The notes under the pieces are model-generated. The model saw only the letters and a list, made by a program, of their open reading frames with translations. It was not told the DNA's origin and made no database searches. This document shows, piece after piece, positions 37,521 through 49,389 of a DNA stretch of 64,000 nt; positions within the stretch are counted from its first letter, which is position 1, and every line of letters begins with the position of its first letter. The translations under genes and the position numbers were made by a program. The stretch is from positions 248,001 to 312,000 of the forward strand of contig JAPEUD010000011.1 in the NCBI GenBank assembly GCA_026026165.1, read 5' to 3'. This DNA comes from Sarea resinae (Eukaryota).

Positions 37521-38470
37521 GATCTATATCATAGTAAAGCGATAAAACAGGGCAAAGAGACAGGTCGAGATATGACCTTTTCATAAGCGGGGAGACAAAT
37601 TGCGTCAAGCATGCCCAGATATTGTACAAGGCTATCATAGATCTGAAAACGTCTTTTGCAAAAAGTCCACGGAGAGAACGCCCTCAGCCGATTTTTTGGA
37701 CGGCAGATACCATCAGCAACCTTTTTCCTGCTCCCTCCCCAAGCCACTCGTTCAGCTGCATATCTCACAATTTCTTTTGATGATTTCTCTATGCAGTCAA
37801 AGGACGTCGCTCCGTCTTCCTCACGTCTTCTTCACGTCTACTCTGGGGGCTCGGCTTCAGTAGGCTCTATAAAAGAATAGCCGCAGTTAGAGGCGCGCCT
37901 GGATGCTTGAAGCTTCATGCACTTCTTTGGTTGCAAGGGAGCTGCGAGGTTGGGCGCTGTGAAGATTTGGGCGCTGTTATATATAATTCCTCTCCAGTGG
38001 CTCTAGTGTCGACATAATTATTCACTGCCTCTAGCATTCACTCCACCTAGTGAATATCATGTTCGGCGAGTGTTGAATACATTTCACAGGAGCAGTCATA
38101 TTAGCAAGAGCTGCAGTCGCTAGCACCAAGGTATATTGAGTCGATCTAGTCAGTGTCATGTTCTGCTGGAGTAAGATGACAACAATATTAGCTCGGCGGA
38201 GCAGCACGCACGGCAAGATAACATGGCGAAGATGACTCCGAGATTTTGAATGCTGCAATAAAACACCTTAATCATACAACCTAGAAACCCTCGTGTGAAA
38301 AGATTGATGCAGCCCGATCCCCAATTGTAACATATCTCCTTACGCAGAGTGGCAACCTTCCGAGAGAGGGCGTAGCGTGCGACGCAGGATATCGACGAAA
38401 ACTACCCATTCATCCAAACCGCTGACGGGGTCCTACCGAGACACAACGTTGAATTGACCTTTTCCGACGC

Positions 38471-39266
38471 TTACGATGCAAACTTCTTTGTGACCTTGGC
38501 GATGACTGAAGATATTGGTCAGCTTTTGACAGTTTCAAGGCTGACGGGAGAACGTACCGTGCAGAGCCACGACGCTGACGATGAAGCCCACGGAGAGCAT
38601 GAGTACCACAAAGGGATCGACTTTGAGCCCAGGAGATTCGTCGGTATACAGTCCTGTACGTTTCATTTCCTGTTAGCAATACACCGGGACTATTCAAACA
38701 GCCATCCATTGCCAGCCAATATGACCGACAGCCTCATCCATCTTATCGTCCCTCTAAACTGGCTCGCTCCTGATGCTCTGAAAAACAAGACGTACTCAAC
38801 ATCGTGCTGCTGCTTCCACCTGCACCCGCCGCTCTCGTGCTGCTCGGCCGTGCATTGCTCAGTTTGTCTGCCCTATCGGCGGCGGCTTTCCGGCGAATGG
38901 CAGTCTTTGGGCCACCAGGAGGAGTGGGAGATGATGGCCGCGCAGTGCTGGAACCGACCGAGGCAGGGGAATTGATGGGAGAACTAGATCGTGGAGAAGA
39001 CTAGGAGAGACGACAGCAATTAGCATTGGTACAGCTAGCGTACGTGGTACGTGATATGCGCAAGGTGCATCATCGAGGTTTGCGGAGATCAACACTGCCG
39101 GAGAATTCTTATACGTGAGAGGCCAAGAGGCAGATCCCTCTTCAAGAACTTGAAGCTGCTGCCTAGAACACCGATCGCTCTGAGATATAACAACACTCGC
39201 AGTCTCCTGTACCAAGGCTCAAAGAGCGATCGCACCGCGCGACAAGAAAAGACGGACACATACCAT
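38471..39266 (-). CDS. SBH1: Sec61 translocon beta subunit
   Basis: Exons 39266-39264 (ATG only), 39000-38796, 38653-38558 and 38505-38471 give MSSPRSSSP...[22 protein letters not shown]...[53 protein letters not shown]. Missed by the ORF track. Confidence 0.95.
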
Positions 39267-40452
39267 ATCTGCTATGAGTGTGGTAGAGTAACAACAAGTC
39301 TTTCGAGCAGCTGGAGAGGCAATGAAAGTCTCAAAGGAATGACAAGGTCGAATGGCTGAAAGTGTCCTGGAATACCTTGAGGATTAGGAGTTGAGGCCAC
39401 GATACTATTACCATAGTACTCCCGTCTACAGAGTACAGATACTGCCGTGTTGTTCCAGAAGCGACCTAGTTCGGCGCTAGCTACTTTCGGCTCACGAGGG
39501 GCAAACAGACATTATTCCCCATCATGAGAGTGCATCCTGGCACTACACGGACGATATGAGCAGATTGAGCTTGATGGATTTTTATTAGTTTACTGAAATG
39601 CCATGGACCGTTTAAAGGAAAGTACAGAGGAAAAAAACCAGGTTTCCTGGCCGCACTTGGAAGAAAGATGATAGCTGGCCACCTCGACGTTCAAAGGAGA
39701 TAAACTATCCACCCAACTTCAGTGCCAAGGTACAACGCGCCCAGATCTGGAAATTTAGACGACGGCAAAACTTGCAGAGCAGGACCTTGAAATTGACAAA
39801 GAGAGCCCACCAAGGTGAGCAGGTCAAGGAGCTGATACAGCCTGAACTCCGCTGTTGTAATGGCCGAGGCCAGGGATCCATGTGACTATCACGCAAAAAA
39901 GAAAGCCTGGGAAATTAATAACGTTCGTCCAGTATTGACGTAGTGGACGAGTTCCTACATCGAAAAAAAAAATAACGCCCAGGGAACAGAGACCAGAAGT
40001 CCAGTTCAACTTAGGCAGTTCTATTGTAGTGACCAAGGAAATCATACCGAAGAACCAATAGATTCCGGGGCCAGACTAGATGCAGCGTTCACTGCCATAG
40101 TACCTGTGACCTGAAAACTAAATCCGCGGCTAGAGGGAAGAATTGAGTGGCCTGATCCAGATCACACTGTACTATTGTCGTATCTAAGGGCGATTATCCA
40201 TGAGCGTGAACGTGCTTAAAACGAACACTGGGGAACCACCTAGGTTTAGACCGAAATATTATCAACCCTAAGGTCGAATAACGAGGATGATACTGTGCGA
40301 AGAACGAAATTCGGGCAATCCATGAGCCGTTAGCGTTATCATCGTGGTGTCCGAGGTCTGAAATAACGGTCAGCAAATAAAGACCGGAAAATCATCAAGG
40401 TCTTGATGTACCGTCATGTATCCGGGACAGAAGAGGCGAATATCGTTATCAA

Positions 40453-40457
40453 AGAAA

Positions 40458-40511
<54 letters not shown>

Positions 40512-40513
40512 AA
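40453..40513. repeat. (AAAG)n microsatellite
   Basis: Directly visible. Confidence 0.9.
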
Positions 40514-40636
40514 ACGTCTGAGAATGTGGTACTGTTCATCCGGGTTGTGGGATGGTAGTGCTCACTGCTACGGTAAAGAGAACTCCAGGTATCGAGCAAG
40601 TCATGGCCGTACCAGCACAGTCATGGTTCTGAAAAC

Positions 40637-42164
40637 TTAGGATGTGAGACCCAATTTGCCTCGAATGGACATGTATTGGACGACTTCTTCATCCGTGGGC
40701 CGTTTCTCTACTCCTTTGTAGCGGATGGGATCCTGATCTGGTAGACGATGAAGCTCAAATCGATGCATCGCAGTACTCTGATCAAGGACTTCGAAACCAA
40801 CGATGTTATAAAGGCCATCATACCTAATACCCTTTTGGGGCCGGTACAGATCTTTCGGCGGGAGATTAGATGTCCTCAGCACTCGAACTGGGTTGGCTCG
40901 TCGGTGAGTCTCTAGAAGGTGGCCGGTGCCAGCACTAGGTTTCCCTTCTGAGCCTGAAGTGCCGCAATAGAAAATGACCTCCCCTTCGTCTTCGTCTGCA
41001 TACCCTCCCGATGAGAGGATAATGGAGAAAGCTCCCTTCCCTTGCTGACCGCAGATACCTGCTTCTATCTCCCCGTGTGCGCCATCACGCATCGCGCAGA
41101 TTTGCATGGGCCACCACTGTCCGTTGACCAACCCATTCGCTCCGACAACATTGCAGGACACACGAGCCTCGTAATTCTTATCGAGCTTATGTCCAGTGCG
41201 TTTTGTAGCAGTCGCGGATCCGAGTCCTTGCTTATCTTTTGAGCCATATTTTGTCTCGGTAACGATGCCACGCAAGAGATGTGGATCGAAAACCCCTGAA
41301 AGCCATTTAGAATAGAGTGCAAGAGCGTCCGCTTTGATATCCCAAGGGAAATCCACAACATCGTCGCTGAGAATTAGCTCGAATCCCTGATTTTCATCGA
41401 GAACCTTTGACTTCTTGACAATAATAGGCGAGATAAAGTCAAAGAATTCCATCTTGTGGATTTTGGTTCGAGTTTCTGAAAAGAGTCGATTGCAATCACC
41501 TCCGTTTTGCTTCTCCTTCTGGCAATTCTTCACTAGAGTATTAAGGCCTTGGACCGAAATGAGATCTCCGCGATTGAATTTGGCTTTCGCGTCTACCTTT
41601 TGGTACCACTCTGCTCCTTTAGTAGTGACTCGAGAGTCAACTGATTGACTATGCCTTTGTTAAACCTTGTCTAAAACAGAGAAAGGAATGACTCTACCTG
41701 GTGTTCCACTGCAGCTTCGTGAGAGGCGCCTTCGTCCCTTTCTTGGCCGGCGCAAATGGACGTTTGACCGGGCGATCACTGAACGTTGAAGCTTCGGCAC
41801 TCGGAGAACGATCTGCACCTTTGCGCTTCTTGGCCGAACTCAAACCCGCATAAGGGTTCTGTTGCCCACTCTGCCCCTCACTGTCACCATTTGCACGGGG
41901 GATACCTTCGCTAGGGCTGAGCTCGCTGATAGACCGCGAAGTACCTGCGCCATCATCTTTGACTGGCTCGTCTTGATCGAGTTCCGCTGGGCTCTTCTCA
42001 ATGCGGCTCTCCTCACTCTGTTCAGTCTCTGCTTCATCCTGCAGATTTTCCGTCTTTTCCTGCTGCTTCTGCTCGCGCTCCGTGATAACCTGCTGGCAAG
42101 CCTCCTTCATTACCGCCTCGAACTTATCGGTAGTGAAGAAGCCAGATCTATTGCCAGCCTCCAT
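40637..42164 (-). CDS. SRA/YDG domain protein (~492 aa)
   Basis: Exons 42164-41698 and 41648-40637 join in frame (49-nt intron). GANGLVNGQWWPMQICAMRDGAHGEIEAGICG...AFSIILSSGGYADEDEGEVIFYCGT...PVRVLR...GIRYDGLYNIV is the SRA signature. Confidence 0.9.
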
Positions 42165-43107
42165 CTTGTCCTGGCCTGTCTGAGAAGAAGACAGAAGGCA
42201 GGGCCAGAGTGAGGCGTGACGGTGATGACAACAAAATCCTAGAATGAGATGCTGATGTGGAGATGAACTGGAGATGATGTGTGCGAGACTAGGTGAGGCG
42301 ACGACTAATTGAGGCGATCGAAAGAAAGATCATTCACCAAATTCCCGTCTGTGGCTCGGTTCCAATTGGTGAATAACGGAGCATAACAGAGGTTGATTCG
42401 TGTTCGCGATAAAAGTAAACACCGCGTAGGAGATTGTTGACTTCACCTTCAAGTACTCGGTAGGGTAGTCACTCCGAGTCTGTCGTACTACCTTTATCGC
42501 AACATTGAAGTGACCGGGACTCTATGCGTAGTGTAGATAGGGAAGCGCACCGAAACGAAGAGAGGTGATGCAATTGGTAGTCTGCTGGTGGAGGAGATGC
42601 TGTGTGGAAGGATGGTCGATAGGTATCATCGTCCCTCATTCACTCCTCCACTCTTCCCTCGACCGTCTCGCCTTCGTTGTCATCACCAGGACCATTCGCG
42701 GCCTTGGCTTTCTTCCTCGCGTCCCTCCTTTTGGCGTTCTTTTTGTCGAGATGCTACGAAATGTCCGACATAAACCCCGCGGAGATTGTGACTATGAGTA
42801 AACAAGACTCAGTCAGCAGCATCATCATCATTCTGATAGGTTATTTATACGATGATGATCTGCTCCTCCGACCCCGTATTTAATTTGAACTGTGCTGACG
42901 AAGCTAATTGACCTGCATCGGCGCCAATTGGCAGGGTTCAAGGCCATCTCCGCCTTGGATCCTTTTCGCTCTTTTTCACGATCTGTTGGATACACTGCGT
43001 CCAACGTCAACATCAATCTGTACCCTGAAATACTTATATTCCGCGTCTTCGCATCTCGGCTCTCGACTCAATGCTGACCTCTGCCGCTTCAAATCCAATC
43101 TTTCACG

Positions 43108-45074
43108 ATGTTGCATCTCCTACTTCGCCTGTGTTTCTTTGTTTTTCTCTCCAGGACCATCAATGCACAGCCTCATGTGACAATCGATCAGAGCAAAGTG
43201 ACATATCGTGGAACGGGTTCGGGCCCGATCGAACACTTTCACAATATCAAGTTCGCCCATGACACTTAAGGCGAGCGTCGATTTGCTCCTCCCGAGCCTT
43301 TTAGGCCTTCTGATACAATCATTGATGCTACCTCTCCAGGACCCGCTTGCCCTCAGCCTCAAGATGCTATGCCACCTTTTTTCTCCCAAGTCAAAGAAAT
43401 AAGTGAAGACTGCCTCCACCTACGGATTGCTCGGCCCGCAGCAAATCTCACCTCTGAGAGTAAGCTACCTGTCGTCGTGTGGCTTACTGGTGGTGGAGTA
43501 GTCAAAGGGTCCTCGACAGACCCTCATTTCGATCCCGAAAATTTGGCCAAATTGTCAATTTCCGATGGACAGCCCGTGATTTATGTGGCGCTCAACTATC
43601 GTCTGAGTATATTTGGCTTCGCACGTCTACCTATTCTCAAAAGTCAGAAATCTTTGAATGTTGGGATGCGAGATCAACGTATGGGTTTTCAATGGGTCAC
43701 AGATTATATTCAAGCATTTGGAGGTGATCCCGATCGTATCACCGCGTTTGGCTTGAGTGCTGGTGGAACTTTTATCTCTATTCATCCCATGGTGTACGGA
43801 GGTGAGAAGGGTTTACCTTTTCAACAAGCATGGATGATGTCTGGTCCGCCGGGTACAGCTTTGAACATGACAAGCAATGTTACCACCCTTCACACATCTG
43901 TTGTAGCGGACAAAGCTGGATGCGCAGGTTTGGCTGATAACAAAATGCTTGAATGTCTGCGGAACCTACCCATGCATGATCTTCTCGACGCTGCAATGGA
44001 ATATTCAAGAGCAAATCATCCTCCCAATGGTTTGTTCACCTTTATTCCTTCGGTAGATGACGACTTTTTCCCCAATTCCCAGTCGAATCTATTGCGTGCG
44101 GGTAAATTTGTCAAAGGCATGTTCACCATCCATATGTCAGACCAAGTTAACCTTCTAGGTGTCCGTATGATCCTTGGTTGGACTCAAGATGATGGTGCTG
44201 TCAATGCTGGTCCAGGGCATTTGATTCAAACCGAAGAAGATATGGTCGCCCCCATCAAGTCTTTCGCGCACGCTTTATCAAAAGATCAACTCTCGACTTT
44301 TTTTCCTTGTATTCCCCTCTCAATTTTGAAGAAGATGTCAAGAACTACGAGGCTCGCAAAAACCCCGAAGATCCCACCATTTCGGTTCATTTCTTTCGGC
44401 TTTCACGGATTTTGAGAGATTTGCTATTTACATGTTCCTCAATCAACTTTGGTCATCAGATGGTCAGGCATACACAATCATCTCTTGACCCCGATTTCAC
44501 CGGGGTGAGGCTTTACGATCTCAACCAGAGTGTTTTGACTCCACTTTGGAAAGCTGCGGGAATGTCGTATGTTGGAGTTTCTCACGGATCTGATACGAAT
44601 TATATCTTCAACGGAGTATTTCCCGAGGGTGAAATAGCCCAAGAAGATTTGGATTTGTCTGAGATGTTGACTAGAAGTCTCATCAACTTTGCTTATACTG
44701 GAGACCCGGATTCTCAGTCTTCCAGCGAATGGCCAGAGGCTTTTGAAAAGGTCGACAGCAGAAGAGACATGAAGCCTTCCAGTGTTAAAATTCAAGTCAT
44801 TGGAGGGACACTCGGTACGGGATCAGTAGATTTGACGGACTACGAAGATGGGGAAGCTCCGGACATCTCAGGTATCACCGGCCACGAGGAATATGAGACT
44901 GGTTTTGGCGACTATCTAAACTTAGAGAAGATGCAACAAATTGTGTCAGACGTTTTTCGGTTCAGGGCGATGGACTCTTCCACCTCCAGTGTTCGAAAGC
45001 AAAAGATTCAACACGAAGACCTATTTCGACGATGTGAATTTGTGGACAGTCTAGCTGAAACATTGGGGGTATGA
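43108..45074 (+). pseudogene. Secreted type-B carboxylesterase/lipase with a nonsense codon and a frameshift
   Basis: Signal-peptide start MLHLLLRLCFFVFLSRTINA; in-frame TAA at 43267-43269 within KFAHDT*GERRFAPPEP; SEDCLHL, NYRLSIFGF, FGGDPDRITAFGLSAG and VSHGSD motifs; frame change at the T7 run 44298-44304. Confidence 0.85.
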
Positions 45075-45670
45075 ACGTTGAATATGAATGTTGGGGTATG
45101 AAACATTGGGGGATATATTGCTCCGATCTAGCTCATTTCATATCTTTCTGGATTCCGTTGGATCCGCCAATCTCAATTGATGTGTGAGAATACCTTGATA
45201 GATAGTATGCCTTGGGTATCTTGGAGTCATTGTTTCTTACGGCTGAATGGGAGGAAACAACGGCATCCAAATGATTTGCAGTCTCTGCACGGATGCTGTC
45301 TGTATATCTTTAGGGCTTGCGCGCCTTGTAAATGTACCAGTTCGCCTTTATTCTACCTACCTTACTAACCACATCCTTTCCGGTACTAGTTCCGAGACGA
45401 CATGTCTTGTCCAGATGGAGATGCTTGAATATCGACACGCCCACCTCGGCGATAGTCAACGAATATGACGGTAGAGTAGCCCAAAAAACAACGGTTTGAA
45501 AGGAGGAATCCCATGTTGAATTTTCTGGGGCATGTCAGTCAGCTTCATATTGCACGTGACTACTGAGAGAGAGCACAGTACGAATGTCTGACATAGCCTG
45601 AACATTATCGTCGATGGTCAATGCTTCTCCGCACTTTTAGCCTTCCCTCATCTTCCTGATCAAAGCATAT

Positions 45671-47107
45671 ATGTCATGTCGGCTCCTCCGAGTTGCAGCG
45701 GTTGTCCAACGCGGAAGCTGTCGTCGCAGCTTCGGCTCTGTCACCGGGCAGCAGCTGCACCACCCCACGGCCTTGACGCAGAAGAGAGCGTCCACTGATA
45801 TTATTTCACGCCCGAGATGCTATGATCATCAACAATGCCGTCATATCGTGACCGATGTGCTGCCTGGTGTCCTGGTACCGCCGGCCGTCTTCACCGGCTT
45901 GGTCTTGACTTTATGGACTTACAAATGCCTGATGATGGTTGTGTTCCAGAATAAGATCATCTACATGCCAAGGTACGGTATCTTTATAATCCAATCGAGG
46001 TAGGGCATCATGTTCATTCGTGGCAAACAGTGTACCACCTTTCAGTCGTAGCGAAAGGCTTTCCGATTACGAGAGGGTCTGCAGACCCGTGACTTGGAGA
46101 GAAGAGAGAATACGTGCGGCGGATGGGACGGCGATAGCGCTATGTGTGGGTAGCATTGGAGCTGGACGCTCCGAAAGAAATCATCAGGATGAGAGCGCTG
46201 CGAGGGTCAGACATGTAGTGGTGCTATTCTTCCAAGGGTGAGCATTTTCCTACCTTGGCCATACGTATCATATAGCAATTGCTGATACATAAAGCTTAGC
46301 AACGCTTCATCTCTGCCTCTAAGGGTTCCCTTCTTATCAGACGTGCTGAAACAGCTGCACAAATCCCCTCCAGCTCCGACCCATGCACCAGTGAAATACA
46401 CTCTTGCCGCTCTGTCCTACCGTGGCTTCTGGACCTCTAAAGGACGAGCCACGCAACCCGGCATCGAGCTTGATGCGGCGGCGGCCTTAGAATGGGTCAA
46501 TCGTACCTACAATCCCATCGACAACACGGGCGAAGATGTCAGAGTTGTCATGTGGGGCCAAAGCATAGGCGCCGGAGTCGCCACAACAACTACGGCCCAA
46601 TATCTCCGCCGTCCCCACGAAGCCAGCTCGAGCGCCAGCTCAAACCCCGGCTCCGTCCTTCAAGCAAAGTCACCAGCAAGGAAAGCCAACTTCGACATCA
46701 GCGCTCTCATCCTCGAAACCCCCTTCACTAGCATCCGCAGCATGCTCGTCGCGCTCTACCCCCAAAAATGGCTCCCGTACCGCTACCTCTGGCCCTTTCT
46801 TCGCAGCTGGTGGGACAGCGAACGCGCCCTCCGTGAGATCGCTGCCGTTAGCTGTGATTCTGATCCGAAGCGAAGCCATCATAAGAAGCCAACGGTCCTC
46901 ATCCTCCAAGCCGGCCGCGACGAGATCGTTCCGCCAGAACAGGGCCCGGGGCTGGAATCACTGTGTCAAACTCTCGGCTTAGATGTCGAGAGGGTGGTTG
47001 TCGGCGGGGCGTTGCATACGGAGGTTCTAGCGCGAAGAGAGGGGCGAGATGGGGTCTGTGGGGTTTTGAGGCGTGTTGGGGAGGCGGCTGAGCAAGAGGA
47101 GGAGTAA
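45671..47107 (+). CDS. Alpha/beta hydrolase, ABHD13/Bem46-like
   Basis: Exons 45671-45972, 46031-46237 and 46300-47107. FQNKIIYMP, VVLFFQGNASSLP, SYRGFWTSKG, nucleophile WGQSIG, ILETPFTS, GRDEIVP and GALH. Confidence 0.88.
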
Positions 47108-47916
47108 GATCATAGCAGGTAGAGTAGATTGCACGGTAAAGACTGACGGCGGTATAGCAGGAGATCAGGTAAGCTCCATAAGACTACAGACCACTCTATC
47201 AGTTTAGCTACCATGTCTATCCAAATTTCAATTCTTTTTATCTGGTGAATCGGACGTATGTTGCCACGGTCATCAATGATAGTACGGTAGGCTAGACTAT
47301 GGCGAGTCTTGTGGTCTTCACAACAGAACGTCTCCTTTGTCCGTTCTGATCTGATAATGTAGGTAGGTAAGGTAAAGAAAACAGAGCTGCCACAGAGGAT
47401 CCGAATGGAGCGGTTTCGATATTCTATCAGAGGACGTCTCTTCCAGCTGTGCCGCCCGATTCCCGAAACCTGATTGGATATTCTGTAGACCTCCGGCTTG
47501 TCTCATACCTTATCTTAAACATCCGCCTCTTACCTCTAGCCTACCATATATATATCGAGCTGGCCTTACCGATGGGCGCACTGAGACTCCGGGCTCCATC
47601 CAGTTCTACCAATACAGCACTTCCCGTACGCGGAAGCGGTATCTACGACGGGCTAGTCCGAATTCCTGACTTCACGCGCAAGCTCGCCCAAGGTCACTAG
47701 CCTCGCGTGGTCAAATTCAGGCATTGATTGCACGGACGGAGATCAACGTAGAACGTCTGATCGCATAACAATTCATTTTTCTTTCTCCCTTGCTCACGAC
47801 CGAGGCACAAGTTACTTCGTTTTCTACTAGCTACCGCAGGACAGCGACGCCGGAGAGATGAAAAGACACAAAGCTTGCTTCCGTCATGCCAAACACACCC
47901 ACGTCACCCCAGCCCC

Positions 47917-48970
47917 CTAATAGAAAGTCGATGGTCTCTTGGCGGAAAACAACTTGGTTCCAGCGGTCTTGGCCACCCGGTGAGGAAGAGGGAATTTGAG
48001 GTCCTTGGAGAGGAGTTGCTTGAGGTAAGGGCGCTTGACGTCGTCGGTCTTCTCGATCTCAACGACCTTGAGGATCTAAAAGTAGCGTGTTAGAGCCGAC
48101 ATCAAAGCAAGAGTGCACGGTTGCAACATACGTGAATCGACCGGAAACGAGCACGATGCCTGGCGGCCATGTCTTGGTACATAGCCTCGACGGCTTCCGT
48201 CCGGGACATCTCACGGTACTCCTTGTACATGTTATGGGTACCGGAGCGGGAGTCGTAGCGGATCCAGATACCGAAGTTCTTGACCTTTTGGGGGTGCTTC
48301 TCGTGGATCTGAAAACGAGTGTTAGAGGTATGTTTTAAGAAGTGTGAAATGAATTGTGGATGCATACCACGTTCAACGAGACGATCTCGCCGTTCGCCTT
48401 CTTCACCTTCCGGAGCTTCATCAGGAAGTACCAGAAGCGCGACTTCGCAATGACCGTGTTGGCCGCGAAGATGCGCATCCGGTAAAGCTTCGGGTTGGGG
48501 TTGGCATCTGTGGGCAGATGACGCCCGATCACCTGGTATTCTTGGAGCCGACCTGAAGGAACCCACGAGTCAGCATTTCTTTGCCCACTGGATAATATGT
48601 AATAGCCGCAAAGCATCCCCCGACTTGATGGATTTCGGACACGACTGTCATCCGGAGGGCGGCCTAGATTTTCGGATTTCCTGTCGCCGAACTTTTCAAT
48701 CGAGGTGAGACAATGGAGTCCAGTTCGCGCCAGAGATCATTAACGCATAGCACACAGTCGAGGAAGGAGGATCCAGATGTCCTTTGCAGAGTCGCTTGGC
48801 TTTGAATCGAAGAGTCGGCCGGTTTGTTTGCATGCTTGGTGAGTCCGCCAAGTAATATTGTCGTTCTCCGCTCAATCATCGAAAGCGCTGGTTGTCGTTT
48901 TCGTGTCCGAATCCAATCCGATCGTTCCACCCAGGTGACTCAAATCAAAGAAAGAGAATTGCTTACCCAT
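47917..48970 (-). CDS. RPL20: 60S ribosomal protein eL20 (L20/L18a)
   Basis: ATG G then intron 48966-48553; [16 protein letters not shown]...[10 protein letters not shown]...AKSRFWYFL...[23 protein letters not shown]...FPLPHR...RPSTFY*; three introns. Confidence 0.97.
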
Positions 48971-49389
48971 CTGGTTCAAGTCAGTGATTGATTCTTTCAA
49001 TTGTATCAGCGTTGTGGACTTACTTTGAAAGATTGTCGCCGTGGATGTCGGATGTCGCGATTGTGGTATTGAAAGTTGAAGGCTCTCAGATTTGTGGGAT
49101 TCGCTTGACGCTAGCGTGACTGTGTGCCCTTTCGAAGCTTCCAACTCGCTAATTATGCGCTAGACTCAATTGGGGCGGTCGCTTCGGGAAGTTCCAGGCT
49201 TTGTCGCATCAACAATTGGAAGGCAGCAGCAGGAAGAAGTCAAGCACCGGATTCACGGACTCTTTAAACCCAAGGTAACAAAGGTAAATCATGCAGAAAT
49301 GAGCCTGATATCATAATCTTCACTTCTTCATGCCTCATGTCACGTCTTTCTGAGGTAGCTCTACATTGGTCTTGACCGTTGAGTGGAAC

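Noticed and set aside
39128..39244. Antisense H/ACA snoRNA in the SBH1 intron (AGAACA between hairpins, ACA after)
   Set aside because: No convincing pseudouridylation pockets; such boxes are expected by chance on the A-rich antisense strand of introns.
42677..43077. Possible small spliced gene upstream of the carboxylesterase
   Set aside because: Splice-like signals exist, but no recognisable protein could be assembled.
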